A stretch of 64,000 nucleotides of DNA from Candidatus Bathyarchaeota archaeon. Its GTDB lineage: Archaea > Thermoproteota > Bathyarchaeia > Bathyarchaeales > Bathycorpusculaceae. The stretch covers positions 22,823 through 86,822 of the forward strand of contig CAVRFW010000001.1 of NCBI GenBank assembly GCA_963720565.1. Direction: 5' to 3'. How positions within the stretch are numbered: the first letter of the stretch is position 1; each line of letters opens with the position of its first letter. The notes beneath the pieces were generated by a model. That model did no database searches. It saw only the letters and a list, made by a program, of their open reading frames with translations, and was not told the DNA's origin. The position numbers were made by a program, and so were the translations under genes. Of the stretch, positions 10,097 through 20,333 are shown piece after piece.

Positions 10097-10303
10097 TTAG
10101 TTGGAAACGTCTCTTTCCAACAAAGCGCAGTAGGTCAACCATTCATTACCTTGATCTAGACTCGCTATATTGAAAAACTTGACGATCCACCCGTCCTTTG
10201 AAAGTTGTTTGATTTCTTCGAAAAACTCCTTAAAAGCAACAGGATCGCCTTTTTTGAGAAGATAGCTCGACACTGGCTTGGAAACTGATTTGTATTCCTT
10301 CAT
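10097..10303 (-). CDS. Small hypothetical protein, DUF4177-like
   Basis: MKEYK...IKQLSKDGW...LLER pattern; GGTGA SD. Confidence 0.55.
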   Translation of the reverse strand: MKEYKSVSKPVSSYLLKKGDPVAFKEFFEEIKQLSKDGWIVKFFNIASLDQGNEWLTYCALLERDVSN

Positions 10304-10664
10304 TTTTCACCACAATTTTTAGTGTTGCTCACAGGTATTTACTCACAGCAACGCTATTTCTTCGCAAAAATTTATGATTTATTAATTTTCAAACAATATT
10401 GCAGAACACACTTTTCCTCGCGCTAGCGAAGCGCAAAAACCAGTAAGAACTTGCTAGAAAGGACCTTTTAATCAAACCTGAACCATGGACAACTATGAAA
10501 AATGATCTTCTTGTGACGAAGCAATGATCTAAGAGCAAAACTGTGTTCGCTCGTATACAAAAGCATCGACGAAACACACTTGAAAAAAGGTCTACTCATG
10601 GAAAAACTCTGAACAAAGAATTATCAGAAAAGGTCTCTTAGCAAGTTATCATGCGCTAATGAAA

Positions 10665-10735
10665 AATAGTCCATGGATGAAAAAGGACGGGAAAAAGTGG
10701 GGAGAAAAGGCTAAATGGTTTTTGAAGCAAAAACC
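10665..10735 (-). terminator. Hairpin followed by pyrimidine tracts, putative terminator downstream of the sRNA/alaS
   Basis: Perfect 8-bp inverted repeat GGTTTTTG-aag-CAAAAACC (10717-10735), followed on the minus strand by several T/C runs. Confidence 0.4.
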
Positions 10736-10788
10736 GGTCTTCGTTCGAGAATTGAATAAGCGGCGCACCTTATAGCTATTCCCTTGCA

Positions 10789-10856
10789 TTGCCGTCCGAG
10801 TAACTCTGAACTTTCATCCTTGATTGTCAAGCTAATGCCTTTTCATCATCCGGCAA
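10789..10856 (-). ncRNA. Box C/D guide sRNA (2'-O-methylation guide)
   Basis: On the minus strand: C box ATGATGA (10849-10843), 12-nt guide, D' TTGA (10830-10827), C' AGGATGA (10820-10814), guide, D-like CGGA (10798-10795), 6-bp terminal stem TTGCCG/CGGCAA. Confidence 0.75.
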
Positions 10857-10962
10857 GAAGTATTTAACTTGAACAAAAATAAAAGCGTTCTTAGCGCACT
10901 CTGGCTACTGCAGCTTGTCCTATGATTGTTCCCTGAAAGGCCATCGCTAGAGGATTGTGCTT

Positions 10963-13776
10963 TTAGTGCTTCAGCTGGTTTCTAATGTGTTCCATTGCTG
11001 CTTTTGCGGCGTCGGATAGTCTTTTTGTTTGTGTTCCTCCAGCTTGTGCGAAGTTTGGTTTTCCGCCTCCGCCGCCCTCGATTATCGGGGAGATTGCCGC
11101 GACGATCTCGTTGGCGTTTACTCCTTTCTTGACTGCTTCTTTTCCCGCGTTGATGATTATGCGGGCTGTTTTTCCGTCTGTCCCGTAGAACAAAGTGACC
11201 GTTGTATCGTTATGTTTTATCATCTCGTTTGACGTTTGAACCATCCGGTTGATGTCGACGTCTTCTCCGAAGTCGCGTTTCACGAGCGTGATGCCTTCTA
11301 TTTCTTGCGTTGCTTCAGAATTGTTTGCCTGATCCAGAGGCTGGCTCTCTTTCGACGCCAATTCTTTGATTAGTCTTCGTTTTTCGGTGTTGGTGTCTTT
11401 AAGTTCCTTGACTATTCTTTCGGCGGTCTTGTCAAGTTTCTCGACTGGCGCGTTTAGGGTTTCTGCTACCTTCCAGAGCAGGCTTTCTTGCTCTTGCACC
11501 TTTTTTAGCGCTTGAAGCCCTACTGCGTAGCCAAGGCGCTCTACGCCGTCTTGGACGCGTTCTGTGTAGACTATTTTGAGAAAGCCTATTTCGCCAGTTC
11601 GCTTCAAATGTGTTCCGCCGCATGCTTCTAGGTCCCAATCGCCGGTTTTAACCACTCGAATATCTTTTCCGGGCACTGCTCCACCCTGATATAGTCTGAA
11701 TCCGTACCGTGATTCGGCCTCGTTTCGAAGCATCCATGAGGTTTCGACCGGCATGTCAGCAAGCACTGCTTGATTGGCTAGAGACTCAATCTCGTGTGTT
11801 TCTTGGGGCGTTAGTCGTCGGTAGTGAGAGATGTCTAGGCGAGAGGTTTGCACAGCTTTCTGTGCTCCATGTTGCCAGACGTGTTCGCCTAAAACGCGTC
11901 TAGCAGCTCCGTTAACCAGGTGCGTGGCAGTATGGGCCTTCATCAGAGCGTAACGTTTGTCCCAATCCAGAACACCCTTAACGCTTGCGAGTTCTTTAGG
12001 CACTGAATTAGCCTTTACTTTGTGAACGATGGTTCTGCCGACCCTTTGCACGTCAATAACCTCAGCCTTCACATTGCCATAGACAAGGTGCCCGTGATCG
12101 GCGGGTTGTCCACCTCCCTCGGGGTAAAAGCATGTTCGATCCAGAACAACATATTCATTGTCTATAACCTTCAGGACCTTGGCGTTAAACTCTGCGGTAT
12201 AAGCGTTTTCATAGTACATCTTTTCGGTCTGGGGCAGTTTTTCGACGGCTGCTTCAAGATTTTCTTTAGCTTTGGTTTCTTCCTCTTCCATCGGCTTGTT
12301 TGCATGCATGTGCCTCTTAGCCACTAGTGCATAGAAGTTTTCGGGGATATCCACTTTAACGCCTTCTGCTTCGGCAACCTGCTTGACGATTTCTGGCGGA
12401 AGACCATGTGAATCATACAGTTCTGACAGGACCGATTCGGGAATTTGAGCGCCCTTTTTCGTTTTGAGGTCGATTGCCAGTCGCTTGATCATTCCCTCGC
12501 CTCTTTTCAGGGTTTCCCCGAATTTTTCCTGTTCTACCTTTAACATTTCTATGATTTCGTCGCGCATGGTTTTGATTTGTGGATAGTCTCTTGACCACAA
12601 GGCAACTTGCATGTCGACTATATCGTAAAGTTTGTCTGGTTCTATGTGCAGGTTTCGGAGCAGACGGTAGACCCGGCGGAACAGCAGTCTTGCTAAATAG
12701 CCTTCTTGGATGTTTGAAGGCACAACACCTTCGGAGAGAATGAAGCTTAAGCATTTAGTGTGGTCCGCCACTGCAAAGGCATTTTCAATTGGAATCAGAA
12801 TTTTGTCCAATTCTTCTAAGGGCATCTTGATGAGTTTAGCTACTTGGGTTCTTGCATCTTGCCGGTTGGCGTTTTTGTCAACACTCACCAAGCCAGAGTA
12901 CTTAGCCACTTTAAACAGCAGGTCATTGTCAATTTTGGTCAATCCAGCCATTTTGAAGACGTTGTCGAGCAGGCTTCCGTAGACAGCGTGGAAACAGCTC
13001 GGAACTCCCTGAGAAAGCCAGGCAAATCGGTCCAAACCATAGCCTGTGTCAACCGTGCGAATAGGCAGTTTAACAAACTCGTCATTAACGACCTTGTACT
13101 GCATAAAAACCAAGGTTGCAACTTCTAACCCGCCTACGATGCACTCCACGTCTGGTCCGGCGTTTCCCCCGCCTACCCAAACGTCCTCTTTGTACGTTAC
13201 ATCTTCAGATTTTACTCCCAACACTTCGGTAACGAACTCGTGATGATACCTAGTCGTTTGGTCTTTCCAATAGACTTCTTTGCCGGGATAATTGAAGGCG
13301 TGATGCCCACCCATCTCAAAAATGGTCAAGTGTCTTCCAAATGTTGGTCCAGTATTTGAAATATCAACCAGTCTAATGCAAGGCTGTGCAATAACTAGGG
13401 GGTTTGCTGGAGGAGGAGAAATCCCTTCCGTTACGTAAGGTTGGAAGTCAATTATGCTCGCGTGAGTTAAGTAGATGTCGCTTCGCCACCTTGCGACCAC
13501 AGGGTATGGCTTGACCCTGGTGTGATCATGTTTCTCAAAAAATGATAGAAAAGTTTCCCTCATCTCGGGAAGACTGTAACGAGTTCTGGTCGGCGGATTT
13601 GCAAGGAAAGTGTAGCTTGCACATCCTTCCGAGGTGGATTCGCCGCATGTCTCCTGTTCAGTGTTTTGAGTCCAGTAGTATTCTTTGCATTTTGGGCAGA
13701 GTTTCCTGACGAATCCCTGTTCCTTGAAGAAAGACAGCGAGTATTCTTCAGACGGAAATCGTTTCAAATTGTTCAA
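10963..13776 (-). CDS. alaS: Alanine--tRNA ligase (archaeal type)
   Basis: N-terminal CPKC zinc motif, YPVVARWR, QPCIR, VDTGYGLDR, editing HTATH...CGGTH, C-Ala GGGGGKPNFAQAGG. Confidence 0.97.
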   Translation of the reverse strand: MNNLKRFPSEEYSLSFFKEQGFVRKLCPKCKEYYWTQNTEQETCGESTSEGCASYTFLANPPTRTRYSLPEMRETFLSFFEKHDHTRVKPYPVVARWRSDIYLTHASIIDFQPYVTEGISPPPANPLVIAQPCIRLVDISNTGPTFGRHLTIFEMGGHHAFNYPGKEVYWKDQTTRYHHEFVTEVLGVKSEDVTYKEDVWVGGGNAGPDVECIVGGLEVATLVFMQYKVVNDEFVKLPIRTVDTGYGLDRFAWLSQGVPSCFHAVYGSLLDNVFKMAGLTKIDNDLLFKVAKYSGLVSVDKNANRQDARTQVAKLIKMPLEELDKILIPIENAFAVADHTKCLSFILSEGVVPSNIQEGYLARLLFRRVYRLLRNLHIEPDKLYDIVDMQVALWSRDYPQIKTMRDEIIEMLKVEQEKFGETLKRGEGMIKRLAIDLKTKKGAQIPESVLSELYDSHGLPPEIVKQVAEAEGVKVDIPENFYALVAKRHMHANKPMEEEETKAKENLEAAVEKLPQTEKMYYENAYTAEFNAKVLKVIDNEYVVLDRTCFYPEGGGQPADHGHLVYGNVKAEVIDVQRVGRTIVHKVKANSVPKELASVKGVLDWDKRYALMKAHTATHLVNGAARRVLGEHVWQHGAQKAVQTSRLDISHYRRLTPQETHEIESLANQAVLADMPVETSWMLRNEAESRYGFRLYQGGAVPGKDIRVVKTGDWDLEACGGTHLKRTGEIGFLKIVYTERVQDGVERLGYAVGLQALKKVQEQESLLWKVAETLNAPVEKLDKTAERIVKELKDTNTEKRRLIKELASKESQPLDQANNSEATQEIEGITLVKRDFGEDVDINRMVQTSNEMIKHNDTTVTLFYGTDGKTARIIINAGKEAVKKGVNANEIVAAISPIIEGGGGGKPNFAQAGGTQTKRLSDAAKAAMEHIRNQLKH

Positions 13777-14150
13777 GCACTCCGTTCACAAATGTCGATT
13801 TTTCGAGACTTTAATGGGATTACGAGGTTCACGGATTTAAACGGTATCCCTGAAATTGGTGTTGTCACCCGCGCACACAATTCCATTTTTCTCTTTTTGA
13901 AAGCGTGCATCGAAAAAATTTGAAAAGATAAAATATGATATGTATTAGGTGGACTTTCTGAGAATACTTGAGGAAGAAAATAACCCACAGAAAGAAAACC
14001 AGCATGAGTGCAGTTTCTGCAATCGAAAATTTGAAACTGAATTAGAACTTATAACACATAAAAAGGAACGACATGCCGTCGTCTAGCGCGCATAACACTA
14101 TTTTCGCTGGTTCAACTTTTTCATCTCGAGATTGGCTTTTATCGATTTTT

Positions 14151-15480
14151 CTATGGAGAGTGCCAGTTTGTAATCATATGTTTCTCTGAAGCGTCGTGTT
14201 TTTCCAGTCCGTAACGTCTAAGTGGTTTGGTCAGATGCCTTTGGGAACGCGTTGAAGTAATGTACAACCCAGTTTTTACTCCTCTGTCGCAAGCTATAGC
14301 CACTTTAGTTTTATCAGCAGTTTTCGTTCCGCATCTTTCGCATCGAAAACCTTTGTCTCTGCCCGTTGATTTCATTCGTTTTTTGCATGTGGGACAGGGC
14401 GGGTTCTTGAGTTCGGCGATTGGTGCTAAGGCTGTAATGTTGATTTTCTCAAGATTAATTGTCAAACGATTGCTCGGTGAAGAAGTCTTGCGAACTGCTC
14501 CATATGCTTCTACGGTGTCGCCAATCATGAGGTTTCTCGCGGTTCTCCTGAGATCTCCGGTTGGTTCATACGCCGCGCAGTCAACTTCTCCGGTGCCGTC
14601 TTTGATGGAAAATATTACGTGGCGTAGGGGAACTATTTTGGGGTTCTGTGAAACTTGACCTCTGGCGATGACAGAGCTGTATTCTTCTATTCGTTTCAGG
14701 GAAGTTGCGGGTTTGAGGTGCGCATCTGTGCCTTGGTTGCTGCGGAAAATAAGCCATCTTTCGATAGGTTCTAGAGGCTTTATGAGTTCGAAAGCCCTCT
14801 TAACTATCTCGGGGGTTTCGCCTCTTATTCCGAAGAGTATAGGGTCTGGACCTCTTGGAGTAATTATTACTCTCTTCTTTTCGTAGTCTACGTTGTTGAA
14901 AGTGTAGGGTTGCGTCGACAGGTCCATCGAGAAAATGGAGGCATCATCGACTTTTCTTTTTGTTCCATAGTTTTCTGGTGTACGGTAAGCTATGAGCTCA
15001 TAAGTGTAGTCGCTTTCAAGTGTTGAGCCAACGGCGGCTAAGGCCCCGATTATTCCTCTGCAGTTGTTGAAACCAAAACATTCTCCACCGTTTTTCATGA
15101 TTATTTCTCTTGCTTCTTTCAGCGTGACGATGCTTGTGGTGGCTTTCTCAGAGAATGTTCTTATGTCTTCTGGAATTTCATCTCTTTTAAGGAACACCAT
15201 TCCAGGGTTGGTGCCCTTTGATGAAAGATCAGCTTGTTCCTCTACTAGATTTATGGTCTCTTCTTTTATCCTGTTCTCAATTGATCCGTCAAATTCCACT
15301 CTCATCGCCAAGGCACCGTTGCCTCGGGTTTTCCAAGGCACGTTAGGGTTTAATCTTATTAGGTGTGGGTAGTCGAGAAGTTTAACGCCTAGTGTTCGAT
15401 AGCTTTTGCATGAGGACAGCTGCAAGGTAGGTTGTACAGCCCTTTCTGGTTGAATCCGTATCGTCTAGCCCAATGTGCAT
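14151..15480 (-). CDS. tiaS: tRNA(Ile2) agmatinylcytidine synthase, split by a +1 frameshift near 15395
   Basis: N-terminus MHIGLDDTDS..GCTTY in one frame, then LIRLNPNVPWKTRGNG, PRGPDPILFGIRG, SNQGTD, OB fold, zinc ribbon and RHLTKP in the next frame. Confidence 0.93.
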
Positions 15481-15576
15481 TATCTGCCTTTTTTCCAAAT
15501 GGCACTTTTCTCCGTTTGGTTTAGGAAATGATGTTAGAAAGGTCGCGCGAGAGAAGGAAAAAATAGGTGGGGAAAT

Positions 15577-15813
15577 TTATCGTTCTTCTACAACAATCAT
15601 CGTTAGCGTGGATCGGACCTTGTCAAGACGTCTAATGCGCCAAGTTACTATTTCCTTGAGTTTATCCATTGTGTCAGCTTTGACTCTTGCGACAATATCG
15701 TAAACGCCATAGACTGCAGATGCCTCTTCAACACCTTCGACTTTTTTCAGGTCTTTAAGAACGTCTGTTTCTGAACCTATTTCGGTGTTTATCAACACAA
15801 ATGCTGTTGGCAT
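15577..15813 (-). CDS. Lrp/AsnC ligand-binding-domain protein
   Basis: MPTAFVLIN...VYGVYDIVARV...IRRLDKVRSTLTMIV; GAGGAG SD before ATG 15813. Confidence 0.9.
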   Translation of the reverse strand: MPTAFVLINTEIGSETDVLKDLKKVEGVEEASAVYGVYDIVARVKADTMDKLKEIVTWRIRRLDKVRSTLTMIVVEER

Positions 15814-15993
15814 GACTGACTCCTCTAAGTACTGTTGTTTGCAATACATTAAAATGTTTTTGCTAATCAGCTCTTAGACGAGCATGGGAGGATCACCGGA
15901 TGGTTTGGTTTGTGACATGCAATTTTGCGTTACCTTTTCTTTTCGGCTTAAATAATAGGACAGACCAAAAAGCATAGGGAACGTGGCGATATC

Positions 15994-16788
15994 ATGAGTT
16001 TGCGTGTAAATTCCGAATACGAAAAGTTGCTTCCCAAGATGACCGAGGAAGAGTTTGAGGCCCTGAAAAGCTCAATCAGAGAAGAAGGACAGCATTACGC
16101 AATTATTGTTAATGAAGACCTTGAGGTTTTGGATGGGCATCACAGATTTAGGGCTTGCACCGAATTGGATGTGGAGCCTGATTTTGAGGTGCGCAAGTTT
16201 GATGACAAACTACTTGAGAAAAAGTTTGTTATAGAAGCGAATTTGAGGCGACGACATTTGAGTAACTTTCAGCTCGTCGAGTTGGGTGTGCCACTGTTGG
16301 AGATTGAAAAGCAGTTGGCGAAGAAGAGGCAGATTGAAGGAGGAAAAACGGGTCGAAATCTTCAATTGGGGTTTGCGCCAGATGACGCTAAGCCCATTCT
16401 AAAGAGCAAGGCAACTGAAGCAGTGGCTAAGAAGGTCGGTGTTTCAACGCGCACTTTTGAGAGAGGCAAGAAGATCCTGGAGCAGGCAAGCGAAGAGGAC
16501 AAGCAAATGCTGCGTGAAGGAAAAACCAGCATATCAAAAGTCTACAGCGAACTAGTCACACCGGGGCAATCATTAGCCCGGGAAAAGGGTGATATTATCG
16601 CTCAAAAACCCGTCCCCGATCCTCTTCTGGAACAGAACAAGATTGCGATATCATCAATTCTGGAAAGTCTACGAGAGAGAAGATTGTTTTGCACTTCATG
16701 CAGAAATGAGATGCTTGAGTGCAGCAAGTGCCACAAGTCCTTAGAAGACATGTTAGCACTAAATCTGGAAGGAAAATACTCTGAGTAA
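15994..16788 (+). CDS. ParB/Srx N-terminal domain protein with HTH and C-terminal Cys4 motif
   Basis: SIREEGQHYAIIV...LDGHHRFRAC, ANLRRRHL, HTH EAVAKKVGVSTRTFER, CTSC..CSKC. Confidence 0.85.
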   Translation: MSLRVNSEYEKLLPKMTEEEFEALKSSIREEGQHYAIIVNEDLEVLDGHHRFRACTELDVEPDFEVRKFDDKLLEKKFVIEANLRRRHLSNFQLVELGVPLLEIEKQLAKKRQIEGGKTGRNLQLGFAPDDAKPILKSKATEAVAKKVGVSTRTFERGKKILEQASEEDKQMLREGKTSISKVYSELVTPGQSLAREKGDIIAQKPVPDPLLEQNKIAISSILESLRERRLFCTSCRNEMLECSKCHKSLEDMLALNLEGKYSE

Positions 16789-16838
16789 AAACAGTTCTGA
16801 ATAGTAGGATAGGGCGCTCGCCTCTTGCAGCCTTGCGG

Positions 16839-17099
16839 CTATTTCTGGGCTGAACTTTGGTTTTCAAGCGCATATGTTCGATGTTCTTGTATGCCAGTGT
16901 AGATGAAGACCGCCGATAATGTGATTGAAATCAGAATAAGAGGTATTGTGTAATCTCGGTACGGATAGATTATCGCGGGTTCAACCGTGCCAATAGAAAC
17001 CTCGTATGAGTATGCCCAGTACAATGCCACTAGTGAAAGGAACAAGCATAGAAAAGATAGATATCTTGTCTTTCCCCAGACTTTGGATCTTGTTGGCAT
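16839..17099 (-). CDS. Small membrane protein (2 TM)
   Basis: Two hydrophobic stretches flanking YPYRDY. Confidence 0.5.
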   Translation of the reverse strand: MPTRSKVWGKTRYLSFLCLFLSLVALYWAYSYEVSIGTVEPAIIYPYRDYTIPLILISITLSAVFIYTGIQEHRTYALENQSSAQK

Positions 17100-17121
17100 A
17101 GTTTTTTAAAATCGCAAGGGG

Positions 17122-17517
17122 TTATTTATCCTTGTAAATCCAGAAGGCGGGATTGCGAGTTTTCATGTCTTGACCTTCTTGCCGGATTGAACCGTAGACA
17201 TTCCAGAATTCGTCGTCGGTGAGTCTCTCCTGTTTCCTCAGTTTGTCAGCTACCGCGGTCGCTTCTTCCTTGAGTGTTGTTTTTCCTTTTTGAGAAAGAA
17301 CTTGAATTAATCTTTCTTTGAATGAAACCTTCTCTATCTCCTATACGTGTTTCAGATGGACGCAGAGAGCATATAAGGAAGGTTCCATTAAGGTAATATT
17401 TCCTGAGTTGGAACGTCTTTTCTTTTGTTTTTCCTGCAGGTACATTATAGAGAGCTGCGAAAAGAATTTACGGTTTATTCTTAACTTTGATGCGATGAAA
17501 GTTCGCCATTGATCCAA
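17122..17517 (-). pseudogene. Possible gene remnant with internal TAG (17341-17343)
   Basis: Protein-like frame ...LCVHLKHV*EIEKVSFKERLIQVLSQKG...DDEFWNVYG...; family not recognised. Confidence 0.3.
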
Positions 17518-17607
17518 GCTTCTGATAGATCAGAGATTGTTTGGATTGAGTTTTGGGGGGAAAGAATCAGGTTCGAAAAGAGTTATTACCATATCTGAAA
17601 CTAAATA

Positions 17608-18315
17608 TTGGCAAAGATGCTGGGAGCTTTGTCAGAAGCCAACTGTAATCTCGCTTTCAAAAGCGCTGCAGCGGTTGTTGTTTTAGGTTTGGTCCTTTTC
17701 CAAGTTAATCCTAGCGTATTTGCTCAGACCTCAACAGCTTTTACGTCTGCAGACCGGTTCACTATTCCATCACGCAACGGGATTATCGGTTTTGCAACAA
17801 ACGGAACCTATGCAAATGCAAGGTTGGAAAACGACACTTGGTATTTTACAGACTTGCGACTAAACAGTTCGCAACCACTTAAGATGTTCGAGATTTTGGC
17901 CGAGAACTCTAACGTGACCGTTTTTGCTCATTTGTCTTTCGATTATCTTAGGAGACTTTCGGTTTTAGCATATTATGTTGAAGGCCAGGGTATGCAAACC
18001 GTCAATATTGGAATTGAGCCTAGGGAAGACGAGGGGGGTTTGAATGCTGAGTGGAGTGTTCTCTTCAATGATGTTTTTATGGGTGAAGGGGATGGATGGA
18101 GTATTGCTCGGGATGGCACAATAACGGTTACTGGAGCTATTGGCAACGTTACGATCATATACTATTCTATTGAAGGCGGAAGCAGCGCGGACTTGCCTTT
18201 CTTTGAGCAGCACTCAATAGTATTCTTAACGGGGGCTGCGGTGGCTGTAACAATGACCGCGGCAGTTTTGGTTAAAGTGAAAAACAAGAAGCAATCGGAA
18301 CAAGGTGAGGGGTGA
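17608..18315 (+). CDS. Secreted, C-terminally membrane-anchored hypothetical protein
   Basis: Signal-peptide-like N-terminus, Asn/Thr-rich beta-type body with NxS/T sites, C-terminal TM plus KVKNKK. Confidence 0.7.
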   Translation: MAKMLGALSEANCNLAFKSAAAVVVLGLVLFQVNPSVFAQTSTAFTSADRFTIPSRNGIIGFATNGTYANARLENDTWYFTDLRLNSSQPLKMFEILAENSNVTVFAHLSFDYLRRLSVLAYYVEGQGMQTVNIGIEPREDEGGLNAEWSVLFNDVFMGEGDGWSIARDGTITVTGAIGNVTIIYYSIEGGSSADLPFFEQHSIVFLTGAAVAVTMTAAVLVKVKNKKQSEQGEG

Positions 18316-18353
18316 TTATAGCCTATTTACAGTAGCATTAGTCGGAAATAGGC

Positions 18354-19613
18354 ATGGAATTAGGAAGTGCACATATGACTTGGGAAAACTCTAGCGTCAC
18401 CTTGGTTTCGCTGTACACTGTTATTGTACTGGTAGGAATATTCTTCGTTCTCAAGTTTTCAAAAGACAAAACAAGAAAGGTTAGTTCCCTTCGACTTTTC
18501 ATTCAGGCAGCTGCTGTCTTTGCTGTGTTTATGGGACTCATAATAGGGCCATTTAATCAGCCGTTGTGGGAGCCTTTGGGGCCTTCCCCTCGTGACAGAT
18601 TAATCGGGATTGAGTTTCTAGGAAACCAGTTTCCAGATGGTTTGTCTGTCCCTATATTGGCTTGTTATTATCCGAACGGTAGGACGGTTACTTGTCCGAT
18701 TTGGCAAATTCAGGCTTACATTTTTCCGTTTTGGAACTATCCAAGGGGATATGAAGTTGTTTACTCTACATCGGGATTGGAGATGCTTGCCATAGTTTTC
18801 GGTTCCATGATTGTGTTGTCTTTGATTCTTGGAAGATTTTTCTGCGGGTGGTTATGTCCTTTCGGACTCTACATGGACGTGTTGACTCGGATTCGGAAGG
18901 CTTTCAGGCGGAAACATTTGAATCTTTCTGACAAAACGAATAGTGCAGTTGGACAGCTTAGGTATGTTTTCATCGCAGCCTTTTTGATTTTAAGTGTGAT
19001 CTTCGGCTCCTATGCTATTTTTGGCATCGAGATTGTTCCAGGCACGATTCCCGGTGGACCTGAAGGAACTGAAGCTGGAATTGTGGGAAACATCAACGAG
19101 CCCTTCTGCTTAATTTGTCCCATGAAACCCTTATGCATACTTGTTGAATGCGCCATTGGATCTATGAAGTATTCTTACGTCTCCCAAATAACTTATGAGC
19201 CTTTTTATATGGTTGGCAGTTACCTAACCTCGATAAATCTGCCGATATTTGTCGCAGTTACAGTTTTGTCTTTGGCTTATAGGCGGTTCTGGTGTAGAAT
19301 CTGTCCCATGGGCGCTCTCACTGCTCTGTTTAGTTCCTTCTCGCCCTTCAAGAAAATCGCCCTTACGCGCTTGAAAAAGAATGAACAGAAATGCACCAAA
19401 TGCGGAGTGTGTAAACGCGTGTGTCCAACTCAAGCAACAGATGTGTACGAGAAGAAAGGAGGCGACGTTACCGAATCTAGGTGCATGCTTTGTGCGCGTT
19501 GTGTCGAAATGTGCCCCTATGAAGACGCATTAACTTTGGAGTTTGCCGGAAAAAGAGTAATGCGATCAAGAAATTGGCTAGACCGAAAAACATCACAAAA
19601 GCAAGGCGGATAA
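18354..19613 (+). CDS. Membrane 4Fe-4S protein, NapH/MauN/YccM family
   Basis: GRFFCGWLCPFG, FCLICP, RRFWCRICPMG, and two CxxCxxCxxxCP ferredoxin motifs. Confidence 0.88.
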   Translation: MELGSAHMTWENSSVTLVSLYTVIVLVGIFFVLKFSKDKTRKVSSLRLFIQAAAVFAVFMGLIIGPFNQPLWEPLGPSPRDRLIGIEFLGNQFPDGLSVPILACYYPNGRTVTCPIWQIQAYIFPFWNYPRGYEVVYSTSGLEMLAIVFGSMIVLSLILGRFFCGWLCPFGLYMDVLTRIRKAFRRKHLNLSDKTNSAVGQLRYVFIAAFLILSVIFGSYAIFGIEIVPGTIPGGPEGTEAGIVGNINEPFCLICPMKPLCILVECAIGSMKYSYVSQITYEPFYMVGSYLTSINLPIFVAVTVLSLAYRRFWCRICPMGALTALFSSFSPFKKIALTRLKKNEQKCTKCGVCKRVCPTQATDVYEKKGGDVTESRCMLCARCVEMCPYEDALTLEFAGKRVMRSRNWLDRKTSQKQGG

Positions 19614-19672
19614 AGCGGTTCAGAAATGTGAGCGTACAAATAGGAAATCAATAGTATCCAGTGAGGTTATAC

Positions 19673-20332
19673 CTAGATTTCTATTCCAGGAACGCTTTTT
19701 TCTCTCATAGATGAAGTCGGCGACCTTGGTGAAGGCTGTGATCCAAACTAGGTAAATTACTGCTATGATGGTGTATGCCTCGAGTACAGTATATGTTTGT
19801 CCGGCAATTGTCCTGCTGGCTCTCGTGAGATCCAATAGACCGATATAGCTTGTCACGCCGTGCTTTTTGTCAATGAACAAAACTCATTTGTCCATGCTGG
19901 AATCACTTTCCTTAGAGCTTGGGGTAGAATTACGTGGATTATGGTTTGCGCTTTGGACATTCCGGTTGAGAGTCCCGCGAGCATCTGATCTTCAAATACG
20001 GTTTCGACTGCGCCTTTAATGTATCTTTTTTGGTACGCTGCGCTGTTTAGGGCAAAAACGAGGAAGCCAATGAGGTATGGGTTGATTGGAATGTGAAGGA
20101 TATCTGGGATTGTGTAGCGAGCGAGAAAGAGCTGGACAACAAGGGGGCTGCCTCTGAAAAACTCAACATATATTCTGATTAAGAACGAGGTGATTTTTCC
20201 TCCGTACAAATCGCCAATAGTTAGACCGATTCCTAATGCAAGTCCAAGAAAAACTCCGAACAGGGTTATTGCTACTGTTAGAAGGAAGCCTTCAAGAATA
20301 GGAGGAGCGTATTCGATTGTGAATTCGAACAT
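19673..20332 (-). pseudogene. Degraded polar amino acid ABC permease, paralog of 25300-25980
   Basis: EFFRGSPL, ILPQALRKVIPAWTNEFCSLTKSTA; frameshifts near 19858 and 19695. Confidence 0.75.
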
Positions 20333-20333
20333 T

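Noticed and set aside
15380..15410. Programmed frameshift or pseudogene status of tiaS
   Set aside because: No slippery site or stimulatory structure; the same +1 pattern recurs in unrelated genes, which favours sequence error
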